From IMG/VR virus record IMGVR_UViG_3300023116_000057, positions 1 through 56,841 of that record: 56,841 bases of DNA, one strand, 5' to 3'. A program made the translations under genes and the position numbers. Positions within the stretch are counted from its first letter, which is position 1. Each line of letters starts with the position of its first letter. The notes beneath the pieces are model-generated. The model saw only the letters and a program-made list of their open reading frames with translations. It was not told where the DNA came from and made no database searches. Below, one piece after another: positions 56,713-56,841 of this stretch. The stretch is from a virus (lineage: Duplodnaviria > Caudoviricetes).

Positions 56713-56841
56713 AGCACACCTCACACCTCAGCAGAGCACACCTCACACCTCACACCTCAGCAGAGCACACCTCACACCTCACACCTCAGCAGAGCACACC
56801 TCACACCTCACACCTCAGCCGAGCACACCTCACACCTCACA
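56713..56841 (+). repeat. CACACCT heptamer array (29-bp higher-order unit), runs off the window end
   Basis: GCAGAG(CACACCT)3CA repeated about 4 times. Confidence 0.9.

Noticed and set aside
55639-56841. CRISPR array interpretation of the right-end repeats
   Set aside because: Units are tandem with no unique spacers, and no cas genes are visible.
1-56841. Alternative genetic code (stop-codon reassignment), as in some large phages
   Set aside because: Conserved genes are full length in code 11; TAA, TAG and TGA all end genes followed by new RBS/starts; no suppressor tRNA seen.

Overview
This window is a fragment of a large (probably jumbo) tailed dsDNA phage genome in the standard genetic code, with every credible gene on the + strand. 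1-8.4 kb holds virion and tail genes (tape-measure-like, baseplate-like). 8.4-36 kb is an AT-rich replication, nucleotide-metabolism and proteostasis core: minimal family-A polymerase, GIY-YIG homing endonuclease, divergent tubulin, tmRNA, gp32-like SSB, RecA, UvsE, GuaB/GuaC-like, 5'-3' exonuclease, DnaB-like helicase, NrdJ, GroES, ThyX, DnaE, dUTPase, ClpP and GroEL. 35-47 kb carries accessory genes (DpnI-like nuclease, patatin, MoxR+VWA, NT5C, Tlde1-like). 47-57 kb is a more GC-rich 'early-like' region of short genes, two tRNAs, an SF1 helicase and tandem repeats. The most striking unexplained structure is a nine-copy expression cassette in the last 9 kb: TTGACA-17bp-(-10), then at a near-fixed distance a hairpin with covarying stems and a conserved AAU(G/A)(A/U)(C/U) hexaloop, then an RBS and a different cargo gene each time. 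Also notable are a tmRNA with a 33-residue tag alongside a phage ClpP, and a truncated DpnI-like nuclease. All family assignments come from motif recognition by eye; no searches were run.
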